35,122 nucleotides of DNA from a virus (taxonomy: Duplodnaviria; Caudoviricetes): the IMG/VR virus record IMGVR_UViG_3300014656_000081, positions 1 to 35,122 of that record; one strand, 5' to 3'. Of the stretch, positions 17,722 to 27,194 are shown piece after piece; position 1 is the first letter of the stretch; each line of letters begins with the position of its first letter. The notes under the pieces are model-generated. The model did not search any database. It saw nothing but the letters and a program-made list of their open reading frames with translations, and was not told where the DNA came from. Position numbers and translations under genes: made by a program.

Positions 17722-18803
17722 AATACCTCGTAAATATTAATCCATGTGACGACAATCAACGCCAGCGGCCCTATATGCAAGGCGAAATTAAATGAGCAAT
17801 GAACCGCTATAATAATCAATGCCGTCATGGGCATGATTGCTTCCCGATTAAACCTTTGGAGCAAATCTTTTAAAAATCCGAACAGCAGAATCGGGAAGGG
17901 CAATCCTAATTCGTAAAGCCCTTGAATATACTCACAGTGGGCCTCCCTCCACCAACCCTTGAAATATTCCCTGTGTTCAAGAAAGGTTTGTTTCCAATGA
18001 CCCAAACCATATCCTGTCAGCCATTTTTCCTTGTACCACATCAACCCGGCTATCCAGGCATGCACACGATGAAAATTCGGCTGATCGATGTACCGGATAA
18101 ATCCCGCCATTCCTATAAACGCGATGCCCAGCATGCCGTAGCCATAGTATTTATTCCACGTGAAACACCAGAACGTCAGACCCACGAAAGCACACAGGGG
18201 CCCGCCCACGGTAACAGAAAGAACAAAGCCCGGGATTAAAACGGGAGATAGATACCACCATTTAGGTCTAAGAAACGCCGGTAACGTAAAGGCGAGCAGG
18301 GCGGATACCTGATTTTTCTGGCCCATGAATCCCGTCCTGAACTCGGCCATTTCCCGGAGGGGATGGAATAAGGGATCTATGTTGTAATATTGTAAAACCA
18401 GCCATATTACGTTGCCGGCTGCAATTACGACAAACACCGCATATATATAATGGATGTATTCTTTTTTAAGGATTTCTTTTAAGATTGCGTACCAGAGTAT
18501 GAATCCCAGAACGTTGTTGAACGCTACCTGGGAGTCGCCCGGATAAAAAAGTATCGTAGGCTTATCGGGTGCGGGCTTGACGATAGCCACAAGATCCGGT
18601 TGCGGAATATGGGTCGAAATCTGGGCCCAAACGAGAAATAAAGCCATCCACTTGTTTCTTTGCCATAACCATACCGCAAACAACCCTACTGCTGCATGCC
18701 GCGCTGTCAGCATCATGCAATATTCGAGGTAGGGGCTCTTGAACCGCATAAAAGAAGCGTACAGTATCAAGAGCCCCGCAGCTATGGCATAGGCCCGGTT
18801 CAT
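17700..18803 (-). CDS. O-antigen ligase / O-oligosaccharyltransferase (Wzy_C) family membrane protein
   Basis: Many TM segments; GFMGQKNQ, R...W..G......WLTGYGLG and EAHCEYIQGLYELG (AHN..L..L.E.G consensus). Confidence 0.8.
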   Translation of the reverse strand: MNRAYAIAAGLLILYASFMRFKSPYLEYCMMLTARHAAVGLFAVWLWQRNKWMALFLVWAQISTHIPQPDLVAIVKPAPDKPTILFYPGDSQVAFNNVLGFILWYAILKEILKKEYIHYIYAVFVVIAAGNVIWLVLQYYNIDPLFHPLREMAEFRTGFMGQKNQVSALLAFTLPAFLRPKWWYLSPVLIPGFVLSVTVGGPLCAFVGLTFWCFTWNKYYGYGMLGIAFIGMAGFIRYIDQPNFHRVHAWIAGLMWYKEKWLTGYGLGHWKQTFLEHREYFKGWWREAHCEYIQGLYELGLPFPILLFGFLKDLLQRFNREAIMPMTALIIIAVHCSFNFALHIGPLALIVVTWINIYEVLCPQSQT

Positions 18804-19519
18804 TACCTCGCCGTACCCGCGCTTGAATATGTCCCGGTCACCGACGCGGAAAAAGACAAATCCCCCGCCAAGCCGGTTACGGAATAACTGATTGGGTTAT
18901 AGTGAAACCATGCCGAGGTCGATCCGGTTAGACTTGCGGTATTGCCGGTAAATCCGTTTGACGCGTTTAATATCAAAATCGACCCGATAGGAATGAACTT
19001 GCCCCTTCCGGTAGACTCAAAATCGCTGGTAGGGTAATCATCCGCCATTGTTCCCGGATTTGTCTGGGTATAATCGTTATTCGGTGCTCCCGGTAAATCC
19101 GCAATGGCCTCCGCCGCTGTAGCAAACCCGGTTGAGTTGCTGGCTGCCGCTGCGCAAGAAAAAGTGCCCTGATCATTGATTGCGATCCGATAAGCTCCAT
19201 ACAAACTTCGCGGCACAGCGGTGGTTTCCATCGTGAAGCCCGACGCTTCTTTGTGATAGCTCACACCGTCTATTTTATAATCGAAAGCCGATGTGGAAAC
19301 ACTAACACCGTTTTGCGAAGGGGTCATGACAAACTCGCTTATAACCCCGTCCCCGCGTCTTTCCCAATTGATATAGCTAACCAAATCGTTTAAGAGTTTA
19401 TAAAGATCCCCCTGGCTCATGCCTCTTGGCGTTATTTGGATTCGGTCTTTATCCTCGGCAAAAGCGAAGGGGAGGCAAAGCATTAAAATAATCAAAAATG
19501 CTATGAATTTTTTAAACAT
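18803..19519 (-). CDS. virion-module protein with signal peptide
   Basis: AGGAGG RBS; MFKKFIAFLIILMLCLPFAFA signal; Ser/Thr/Ala-rich; AFDYKIDGVSYHK. Confidence 0.65.
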   Translation of the reverse strand: MFKKFIAFLIILMLCLPFAFAEDKDRIQITPRGMSQGDLYKLLNDLVSYINWERRGDGVISEFVMTPSQNGVSVSTSAFDYKIDGVSYHKEASGFTMETTAVPRSLYGAYRIAINDQGTFSCAAAASNSTGFATAAEAIADLPGAPNNDYTQTNPGTMADDYPTSDFESTGRGKFIPIGSILILNASNGFTGNTASLTGSTSAWFHYNPISYSVTGLAGDLSFSASVTGTYSSAGTAR

Positions 19520-19531
19520 ATGTCCTCCTGA

Positions 19532-19552
19532 AGAGGGGGCTTGGCCCCCTCT
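19532..19552 (-). terminator. GC hairpin after the capsid decoration gene
   Basis: AGAGGGGG-CTTGG-CCCCCTCT; lacks a long U tract, so weak terminator or stabiliser. Confidence 0.4.
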
Positions 19553-19557
19553 GTGGT

Positions 19558-19995
19558 TTAGCTGGTCACAACCCTTGCCATCTGCGCACCGATCCAAAAG
19601 ACTGCGGTTGACGCAGCGTGTCCCATGGTGAGATCAATGGTGTCGGCACTGGAATAAAACTTACCGTGTCCGTGGGTATTCATGTAGGTATCGGTGCCAT
19701 GCACACCGCCGCTTGCCGCTGCGGAATTCAAGTTGATCTGTGCGTCCCATGAAGCCGCCCCCGATCCGTCTCCGATAGTAGCTGTACAGGTAGAGCCTTC
19801 AGCGGTCGTTACCTCCCAAACCACCAGAAAAACCCAAGTGTTGGCGGGTACTGTGATAACCCGTACAACGTCGGCTGCCGAGACCGCAAGGTCTGCAAAA
19901 CTGATCTCAAAATGCGGAAACCCCACTTTACCATCGGGTAGTTCAAAGCCGGGATTCGCAAATTCCCCCGTTACCCATCTTGTAATCGTCGCCAT
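19558..19995 (-). CDS. capsid decoration/cement protein
   Basis: Directly after the MCP; ADVVRVITVPANT and TIGDG..DTIDLT beta-sandwich pattern. Confidence 0.6.
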   Translation of the reverse strand: MATITRWVTGEFANPGFELPDGKVGFPHFEISFADLAVSAADVVRVITVPANTWVFLVVWEVTTAEGSTCTATIGDGSGAASWDAQINLNSAAASGGVHGTDTYMNTHGHGKFYSSADTIDLTMGHAASTAVFWIGAQMARVVTS

Positions 19996-20046
19996 TTGTT
20001 TAACTCCTTATATTTATTATAAATTTAAGTGTTCAATTTCTGAACA

Positions 20047-21075
20047 TTACGCATCACTGACCTGGGTTCGAGCCACGTGCATGTGAACAACCCCATAATC
20101 AAGGCTATTGAATTGAGTTTTGCCCACCGCTCCCATGAACATCCAGGCGTAGCCATGTTCGGTCTTATACTCGAACTCCTCTGCAACCACTTCCGGCCGC
20201 GAACCCCAGGCCCAACACAAGCATTGGGCACCAAACATACTCAATTTCGCACCGGGGATGTTCGAGCCGGAGCCGCCGTTTGTATAGATTTCCGCATTCT
20301 CATGGCTGTGGATAACCACTCCATCCCACAGATACTCCGCACCGTTGAAAATCGGGTGATCCGTTCCCGGGGGCAGGGCCTCCCGCGCCGCCTGGCTCCA
20401 TTCCGAATCCTGTCTAAGATCATAGATCACATCGGGGTGACACATTAGAACAATATAATTTCGGCCCTTAACCTTGATGGGCCTCAAAGGAGTTTGAGCC
20501 CTGTTGCCTCCTGTAAGCGCCCAGGTCTTTGCAAACGATATCAAAGACGGGGTAATCTTCGAGTCTGCTGCGGTAATCGCACCCTTAGCCGTCGCATCCG
20601 TAGCCGTAGTGAGGTTACCGGCTGAAGTCCGATAAAACAGCCGCGTGGGAGATGCTTCAAGGGTGTCAAAACATAGACTGTCGATGTATTCCGCTCCCTG
20701 GTCCCTAATCGCCATTTGGGACTCTTCATCCATCTCGAACATTACCCGCTGGCGGCTAAGAGGTCCATCGTCCCTGATCGCAAAAGCGTAAAACCCCAAG
20801 GAAATCGAGAAATCATGAGTCGTAAGACTCTGTTCGTAACCCTCAATCCCCTCTCCTTCTCTCCGGGGTGTGCCGGTGAGTCTCATACGAATACCAAAGG
20901 TGATATTATCGCCTTTGGATTTATTGAATTGTTGTTTCGTATGAATTGCCGTGTCTCCTGTCTTGCTGGCGAAACGCGGCATCCAATACGTTTCTTTAAT
21001 CGTGTCTCGAAAAAGCTTTTCCTCAAATAGCTTTTTCGCTAACGCGTTGCCTGTCGCAAAAGTCGTTCTGGCCAT
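20047..21075 (-). CDS. major capsid protein, N4-gp56/DUF4043 family
   Basis: KSKGDNITFGIRMRLTG, IEGYEQSL, HPDVIYDLRQD, HPIFNG...WDGVVIH motifs. Confidence 0.9.
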   Translation of the reverse strand: MARTTFATGNALAKKLFEEKLFRDTIKETYWMPRFASKTGDTAIHTKQQFNKSKGDNITFGIRMRLTGTPRREGEGIEGYEQSLTTHDFSISLGFYAFAIRDDGPLSRQRVMFEMDEESQMAIRDQGAEYIDSLCFDTLEASPTRLFYRTSAGNLTTATDATAKGAITAADSKITPSLISFAKTWALTGGNRAQTPLRPIKVKGRNYIVLMCHPDVIYDLRQDSEWSQAAREALPPGTDHPIFNGAEYLWDGVVIHSHENAEIYTNGGSGSNIPGAKLSMFGAQCLCWAWGSRPEVVAEEFEYKTEHGYAWMFMGAVGKTQFNSLDYGVVHMHVARTQVSDA

Positions 21076-21078
21076 TTT

Positions 21079-21939
21079 TTATCTCCTGTCTTCTTCAAGT
21101 AGTTTTTTGAGGTCGGAGTCGGACAAGGCTGATATATCGACATCGGTTAAATCCCCGGCATCAAGGTTCTTTTTTGCGGTTCCACCAGCAGTATTGGTTA
21201 GGCTGCGCCGCCCGGCATTAGCAACCTTTGCCATTAGTTTGGCCGGCTGGCCCTTAAGTTCTTCGATCTGCTTTTTGAGTTCGGCAACTTCTGTCTTATG
21301 TTTCGCCCGCGAGTAATAATAAAGAATTACCCCGGGATTCATCATATACGGAGCCTGCCGGAATCTCTGTATGTTTTCGGGAGACTCTCCGGATTCCCGG
21401 GCCTCCCGGCAGATCGCCTCAAGGTTTTCGTTCGATTCGATATCGGGATAATACCGTAGGACATTTCTCCTGTTTGCAGCCAATATTTCCTTCGTTTGTA
21501 CGGCCCGTTCTTCCTGCTCAATCGTGTCGAGCTGCCGGTCGATATCCCGTTCTTCAGTTTGAGCATGCCGGAACGTACCGTCTATGATCTGTTGGGAAGC
21601 GTCTTGCCCGGAAAGCTCCTTCTTTCTTTCAAGAAGTTTTTCTTTGATCTTTCTCAGGTCTCCCAACTCGTTGGCTTGCCGATTTATAAAAACCTGTCCG
21701 TCCCTGATCTGTTTTTGGTATTTCTCGCTTTCCTGTTTGAGCGTTTCGATCTCTGTCTTGAGTGATTCGACTGTAACAGGAGGTTCGGCCCCTGTTCCCG
21801 TTACAGTCGCATCCTCGGGTTCGTCTTTGACAGTTCCCGCGTCTGGTTGCTCCTCTGCATCAAGGACTTCGGCCAATGCGCTGTCTTCCATGTCCATAAT
21901 ACTTTCGTCATTTACGTCCCGGGCAATTTCTTCTTCCAT
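21079..21939 (-). CDS. capsid scaffolding protein
   Basis: AAAGGAG RBS before ATG 21939; acidic N-terminus and coiled coil; immediately upstream of the MCP. Confidence 0.7.
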   Translation of the reverse strand: MEEEIARDVNDESIMDMEDSALAEVLDAEEQPDAGTVKDEPEDATVTGTGAEPPVTVESLKTEIETLKQESEKYQKQIRDGQVFINRQANELGDLRKIKEKLLERKKELSGQDASQQIIDGTFRHAQTEERDIDRQLDTIEQEERAVQTKEILAANRRNVLRYYPDIESNENLEAICREARESGESPENIQRFRQAPYMMNPGVILYYYSRAKHKTEVAELKKQIEELKGQPAKLMAKVANAGRRSLTNTAGGTAKKNLDAGDLTDVDISALSDSDLKKLLEEDRR

Positions 21940-21980
21940 TGTTGTTCTCCTTTCAAATAGGCTCAATCTGTCCCTAAAAT

Positions 21981-22030
21981 AAAAAAGCCCGCATAAAGAA
22001 TGATTTCTCATTCCAATGCGGGCTTCTTTT
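21981..22030 (-). terminator. rho-independent terminator-like hairpin
   Basis: AAGCCCGCAT...ATGCGGGCTT stem with A/T tracts on both sides. Confidence 0.55.
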
Positions 22031-22090
22031 GCCGGTATTGGCTTACCTGTTACGGGTTAAGCGGTAACAAGCGTTATGTGCCCTATATCC

Positions 22091-22306
22091 CTACCTTTCT
22101 ATATTTTCATTCAGCTTGTGATCACCACACCAATCGTTTTCAAAAACAACTGGATAACCGTTCATTGTTGGTGCATGTCGCCGACATCGACCAATCATAT
22201 TATCTGTTGTTTGTGCCGGAGCGTCTGAAGAAGACAGTTTCATTACAAACCACATACAAGTCCCACATTTCATTCCTTTTGTTCGATGTGCCCATTGATC
22301 TTTCAT
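22091..22306 (-). CDS. small Cys-containing phage protein
   Basis: CGTC...GRCRRHAP...YPVV..NDWCGDH motif; GGAG RBS. Confidence 0.7.
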   Translation of the reverse strand: MKDQWAHRTKGMKCGTCMWFVMKLSSSDAPAQTTDNMIGRCRRHAPTMNGYPVVFENDWCGDHKLNENIER

Positions 22307-22351
22307 ACCTTCTCTCCTTTCAGTATTTTATCTAAAAGGGATACAGCGTAT

Positions 22352-22729
22352 TTAAGTACGCGGTAAACCCATCTCAGGATCTGTTCGGCTTCGATTTTCA
22401 TATACTTTTAAAATAATCCCTATAATTATTGCAAATATAATTGGAATTATACTATTTAATATGCCGCCAACAAAAAGCAGAAGCATATCATCTGCCCATA
22501 TTTTGAAAGACGAATAATACCATGAAATAGCATATGTAATATCTTCTTTATATCCACAGGCACACTCGAGCCTATCGATATCCAGCTTCCCATATTTTAT
22601 AAATAGATAAGCAGTCCCCCAGATTCCCTTTTTAATTACATCTTCATTTTTTATAAAATTAAATGGATCTATTAGACCTATTAATACCATCAGCAAGCAT
22701 AAAAATATTATTATTTTTAGTAATTTCAT
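22352..22729 (-). CDS. AT-rich membrane protein (moron-like)
   Basis: N- and C-terminal TM helices; visibly lower GC than flanks. Confidence 0.5.
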   Translation of the reverse strand: MKLLKIIIFLCLLMVLIGLIDPFNFIKNEDVIKKGIWGTAYLFIKYGKLDIDRLECACGYKEDITYAISWYYSSFKIWADDMLLLFVGGILNSIIPIIFAIIIGIILKVYENRSRTDPEMGLPRT

Positions 22730-22818
22730 TTCACAAGTTCGTATGTATTTATAAATGCCTCCTCTCCCGTTACGTCAGACGGTCTTGATTTTCTCTCGAT
22801 ATTTTTGCATAAGCCCTC

Positions 22819-23055
22819 TCAATTTCTGCTTTGTTTGAATCCCGCCATCTTCGGCACGATAATATTATTTGACGGCGCTTTAATTTTGTCTTTTTGACGA
22901 TGAAATTGAATAACTGCGGTTAAGGCACCGTTCAAAACCTCGACTGTAAACGGAAAGTTTTTTATGGGACCGTTTATCGCGACCTGCCCGTCGGTAAAAG
23001 CCACTATTTCATATTTAGCCGCTATATTTTGATCAGTGTTGATTTCTTCAGCCAC
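22819..23055 (-). CDS. hypothetical protein
   Basis: Overlaps the portal stop; GGAGG RBS. Confidence 0.6.
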   Translation of the reverse strand: MAEEINTDQNIAAKYEIVAFTDGQVAINGPIKNFPFTVEVLNGALTAVIQFHRQKDKIKAPSNNIIVPKMAGFKQSRN

Positions 23056-25174
23056 CCATACCTCCTTGTTGTGGGCCTTGAGCTCCTCCCATAATTTGCT
23101 GAAAAATTTGTGTGGCCAATCCTTCGGGAAGTTTCGCCCCCAGCGTCTTGGCCAGCTCGACCATGGATTTTCTCTTTTCGGCCTCTCCCTGTGTCGCCTG
23201 CATCTGTTGTAAACTTTGCAGCGCTCGATCTTTCATCTCTTTGGGTAAAGGAGCGTTTTCGATCATGATTTCGGGCGGCATCATGATTCCTTTCTGAGCC
23301 GCCTCAAGCATCACGATAAAATTGTTCATCTGTTGAGTCGGAGAATGCGCCTGCTGACCCACTACGATATCGAGCTCGTTTATAAGTTTATTTGAAAGAG
23401 CTTCCATAAGAAGTTCTCTCGGATAACGATCCACTTGCTGACCCGCTACCATAACCGGAGAGTCGGGTTTGTTCCGGCTCATCAATACTCTGACAATTCT
23501 TTCAGGAGTGTAGCATTTCTGAATCAACCGTACTATACGTCTCCCGAGTTGTTTTTTCGCGAAATCAGCGTTGTCGAACAGAAATTCGTTCCCGATGAGT
23601 CCTTGTTTTTTTTGTTCGATCATTGCTATTCCGGATTTAGCTTGCCCCGCCATACCCAACATTTCCGGATTGATGTTCAAAATTTCCTTGAGGTTCATCT
23701 TGGCGGCAGCGCCCATTTCAATGATTTCCGCAGGCATCCTGACGCCCTCCGTTTTTAAAGGCGGTCTTTCTACGGAAGTCACTTCAATATTAAATCCGGG
23801 ACTTGAGCTTTTTTCTTCGAATTCTTTTTTTGTTGCAACGTTCGGGAACGTACTGGCATCGTGAAACCATCCGTAAGCTGCAACTTTGTTGAGGATGTCA
23901 ATCTTTTGAGACTCGCTTTTATTGATAACATCTTGAGCCCCGAGAGCGGGTTTGATTTTGCCCCACCATTTCTTTTTTCGTTTTTTCGCGTACACCGGGA
24001 TAATAGAAAACTCGGTTTCATCGGTGATTTCGTCGGAAATAAACGCGAATCCCGCCACAACAGTTGTACGGATTCGATTATTTTCGATATAGATTATCGC
24101 GAAGCCTTCCATGGTCTTCACGGACGCAATATCTTCCCGCCTCCAATCCGTCCCTTCAAGCACGAAATTATCATCAGCATAAACGAATACAGGAGTTCGG
24201 GTATAATGTTTTCGTTCGCACTCGATTACCCGGAACTCTTTCCTGACGATATCAACGAAATCAGGATCTATTTCGTTATTATTGGAGCTTTTTTCGTACT
24301 GTTCTCCCTCGTATCTCTGATGGAACTCTTTGTCATCCTCGTCTATCGGATATCCCTCCTTCTTGATATCGTCCGCAACCTCGGGATACATCTGCTCTAT
24401 TTTCGCTTTAGAAAACCATTTCGCCTTGTGAAGATATTCAAGATCCCCACAATCCAATCGATTATGAGGGCCGAAAAACGCCTCGTCCCATTCCCATTTC
24501 TCAATTATCACTTCTCCTTCGAGGTTTTTCGAATGGTCTATATAAGGATGATAAAGACCTCTCCCCGTAATTCTCTGATCGTCCTGGACCTCGGTTTCGG
24601 TAACGGTAAAATCGTTCCGTTCACAGATATTTTTCACAATTTCGGTCATCATGTCCGCTGTCAAGGTATCGCCGTTCTCTGTAGGAAAATACTTGATGTC
24701 AGATCGGTTTTGTCTCTGATATCCTGATAGCATGTCCATTGAAGGCTCGATGAGATTGATAGTAACCGCAGTCCGCTCCTTGCCTTCCATCTCCGCTGCA
24801 GCACCCTTTTCCCACTGATCTCCGCAGTAGAAGTCTTCACATTCTTCCGCATCTTGCCGGGATTCTTTTTCATATGCTTTAGCATCCTTGAAAAGCCTAT
24901 GAACTTCCTGGACCATATCATCCTCAGCCTGCTGCTTTATGGGGTTGGTAAGATCCACGTCTCCGGCTAAATAATGGGTATGCCCGTTTTCTTCAGCGGC
25001 TATCAACCCGGGATTCCCAACAGGATTGCCTAATTCGTCCAGATCCGGATATTCCAGGGTGATAAGATGGGCATGACCCTTGTTTTTGGAGGTTATCCCC
25101 GATACTCCGTCCGGCCTGATATAGGCTATATGGTAATGACCGTTTTTCCCATACCGTGTGGTTTTTTGGAGCAT
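23048..25174 (-). CDS. portal protein (P22-like) with His-rich N-terminal extension
   Basis: DFYCGDQW, TINLIEP..D.LSGYQRQNR, AQDVINK, AKSGIAM motifs; follows TerL. Confidence 0.9.
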   Translation of the reverse strand: MLQKTTRYGKNGHYHIAYIRPDGVSGITSKNKGHAHLITLEYPDLDELGNPVGNPGLIAAEENGHTHYLAGDVDLTNPIKQQAEDDMVQEVHRLFKDAKAYEKESRQDAEECEDFYCGDQWEKGAAAEMEGKERTAVTINLIEPSMDMLSGYQRQNRSDIKYFPTENGDTLTADMMTEIVKNICERNDFTVTETEVQDDQRITGRGLYHPYIDHSKNLEGEVIIEKWEWDEAFFGPHNRLDCGDLEYLHKAKWFSKAKIEQMYPEVADDIKKEGYPIDEDDKEFHQRYEGEQYEKSSNNNEIDPDFVDIVRKEFRVIECERKHYTRTPVFVYADDNFVLEGTDWRREDIASVKTMEGFAIIYIENNRIRTTVVAGFAFISDEITDETEFSIIPVYAKKRKKKWWGKIKPALGAQDVINKSESQKIDILNKVAAYGWFHDASTFPNVATKKEFEEKSSSPGFNIEVTSVERPPLKTEGVRMPAEIIEMGAAAKMNLKEILNINPEMLGMAGQAKSGIAMIEQKKQGLIGNEFLFDNADFAKKQLGRRIVRLIQKCYTPERIVRVLMSRNKPDSPVMVAGQQVDRYPRELLMEALSNKLINELDIVVGQQAHSPTQQMNNFIVMLEAAQKGIMMPPEIMIENAPLPKEMKDRALQSLQQMQATQGEAEKRKSMVELAKTLGAKLPEGLATQIFQQIMGGAQGPQQGGMGG

Positions 25175-25193
25175 TTATATGTCCTGCGCTTTC

Positions 25194-26792
25194 TTAAGCC
25201 ACCATCCAGCGTTTCTTGAATTGCCTATCTGATTTCCGGTTGAATCTCGATGCATATCTATCGAGCTCCGTAACGTTATCGGCCACCCCGGGACGTATAA
25301 ACGCCCTTAATATTAAGGCATCCGCCTTATTGGGCGATTTTTTACCTTGTCTTTTGAGCTCTTTTTTTGAGATTATTCTGATTTTAGGCTCCCACTCCAC
25401 AACTTTAAGCGTTGACAACTCGTCTATAAGCTCTGGATCGTTAAGTATCTTAATAATTCGTTTCTCGAATCTATTACGAGTCGTCCAGCACAGTTCATCA
25501 CGCAATCGATAAAACTTATCTTTAAACGATGGAGAATTGGACACGTTACATGCCCTGAAATCATATCCGTCCCTTCTCAGGGTGTCAACCACGGAAGAAC
25601 CGACTCCGATTTCGTCCACCACGACGAAATCCGGTTCGAATAAATCAATCCATTCCTCGGTAGCTGCCGCAACCGGATCTCCCGAGTCATAATCCATTCT
25701 TTTTATGGCCTCAACCGAATGCCCGACGTGCCTCATCAAAATAGAAGGATCGCCGCCTCTGCCGACATCCAGCGTAAGCACGGTAAGGTCGGAATCAGAA
25801 GGATAAAATTCTGCGTTGATCGCGTCTTCAATCCAGTCCCTGGGGATAAGAATATCATCTGATTGAAGAGGCGGCAAACCCTTTACGTTGATGCGGTAAG
25901 GCGTCGATTCTTTGCCGTACGCTTCAAGTTGGTTCTGAACATAAAGTTTATAGCCGGGGACGATAGTGTCTATATTAGACTCTTCACCGTCCCACCTGAC
26001 CTTGACCCACATTTTCGAGGCGACAGGATCGTAATAAGACTTGTAAAAATACCCCGTTGCCCTCGTCGGGTTGGAAATCATGATCACAAAGTTGCATTCC
26101 CGGGTGAGAGTCGCTTCCAAAGGACTCATGACGGCATCCGAAATGCCCGCGGCTTCGTCAACCACGATCATCATGTATTTTTCGTGATATCCCAGAAGGG
26201 TTTTGGCTTGCTCCTCTTGGGTGGCTTTCGTGTTGGCCGTTCGTTTTGAAATAAAAGACTGGTTTTTCAAAGGAATGAATCTAATACCATCCCGGGTGAC
26301 TTCAATAAGCTCGTCCAACCTGGACCCGTTTATGGTGCACGTGCTTTCGTTCAATAATTTTGACACCTCGGAACTGTAAACGTCTTCTAATTGCTTCTTG
26401 GAAGTTGCGGTCGCAATACCCTTAAACTGTCCTGCCGATCCGCAAACCAATAAAATCCAGATGGAAAGCCCGGCAACAAAAAAGTCTTTCCCGAGCCCCT
26501 TTCCGGAATGGATCGAAATGCCCCACTTGCTCGCCAGTTCTTCCTGCCTTTCGGTAAGCGTGATTTTCTCTCTTCCGGTCACCTTTATCGACGCACGCAA
26601 TTTGGCGTCCATTAATTCCTTGACAAGATTGGCGGCCTCGATCTGCTGGTTGGAGAGCCTTCTTCCCAGAGCTTCCTTGAAAAACCTCGGTATGTCCCCC
26701 CGCCAGATAAGAAACTGATCTTTTATGACCAACTCGGGATCGGGGTCAATAGGTATTTCATACCTGAATTTCTTGGTTTTCGCCCTGGCCAT
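25194..26792 (-). CDS. terL: terminase large subunit
   Basis: Walker A SGKGLGKD, Walker B IVVDEA, ISNP coupling motif, RNase H-like LDVG..GGD and SPNKADAL. Confidence 0.95.
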   Translation of the reverse strand: MARAKTKKFRYEIPIDPDPELVIKDQFLIWRGDIPRFFKEALGRRLSNQQIEAANLVKELMDAKLRASIKVTGREKITLTERQEELASKWGISIHSGKGLGKDFFVAGLSIWILLVCGSAGQFKGIATATSKKQLEDVYSSEVSKLLNESTCTINGSRLDELIEVTRDGIRFIPLKNQSFISKRTANTKATQEEQAKTLLGYHEKYMMIVVDEAAGISDAVMSPLEATLTRECNFVIMISNPTRATGYFYKSYYDPVASKMWVKVRWDGEESNIDTIVPGYKLYVQNQLEAYGKESTPYRINVKGLPPLQSDDILIPRDWIEDAINAEFYPSDSDLTVLTLDVGRGGDPSILMRHVGHSVEAIKRMDYDSGDPVAAATEEWIDLFEPDFVVVDEIGVGSSVVDTLRRDGYDFRACNVSNSPSFKDKFYRLRDELCWTTRNRFEKRIIKILNDPELIDELSTLKVVEWEPKIRIISKKELKRQGKKSPNKADALILRAFIRPGVADNVTELDRYASRFNRKSDRQFKKRWMVA

Positions 26793-26795
26793 CCT

Positions 26796-27194
26796 TTACC
26801 TGCTATAAAAAACCTTCCACCGGGAAGTGTTGGCAGCGTTCCCGCTCACCGTGACGCTTATTCCACTGACAAACCTGACAGGAGGATCGAACTTCAGATC
26901 CGTGTTCATCTCAGGACACGCCACCTCCGCTACCCCCGCAGAATACGCCGGCGTCCACCTTAAAATCACCGTCCCCCTCGAATACTCGTCCGAATCAAGC
27001 AAGGTAATCACTAAATTCCTGATGTCCGTATGAGTCGCCATAAACCGATGCAAATATCCCGGAGTACTGGAAGTCGCATCCACCGCCGCATTATGATCAC
27101 CATCATAAGTGGGGCTGTAAAACACAAACCCCGCACCGAGCAAAAGAAACGCCGATAGAATTAAAAACACTGCCAAAATATTTCGTTTATTCAT
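26796..27194 (-). CDS. small beta-rich protein with signal peptide
   Basis: ATG 27194 overlaps the upstream stop; MNKRNILAVFLILSAFLLLGA signal. Confidence 0.6.
   Translation of the reverse strand: MNKRNILAVFLILSAFLLLGAGFVFYSPTYDGDHNAAVDATSSTPGYLHRFMATHTDIRNLVITLLDSDEYSRGTVILRWTPAYSAGVAEVACPEMNTDLKFDPPVRFVSGISVTVSGNAANTSRWKVFYSR

Noticed and set aside
22041-22080. TGTTAC/GTAACA hairpin with nearby GTTATGT as another attC
   Set aside because: No L''/L' boxes at the required 5-bp spacing; only a short hairpin
23861-24727. 288-aa + strand ORF
   Set aside because: Antisense shadow of the portal gene
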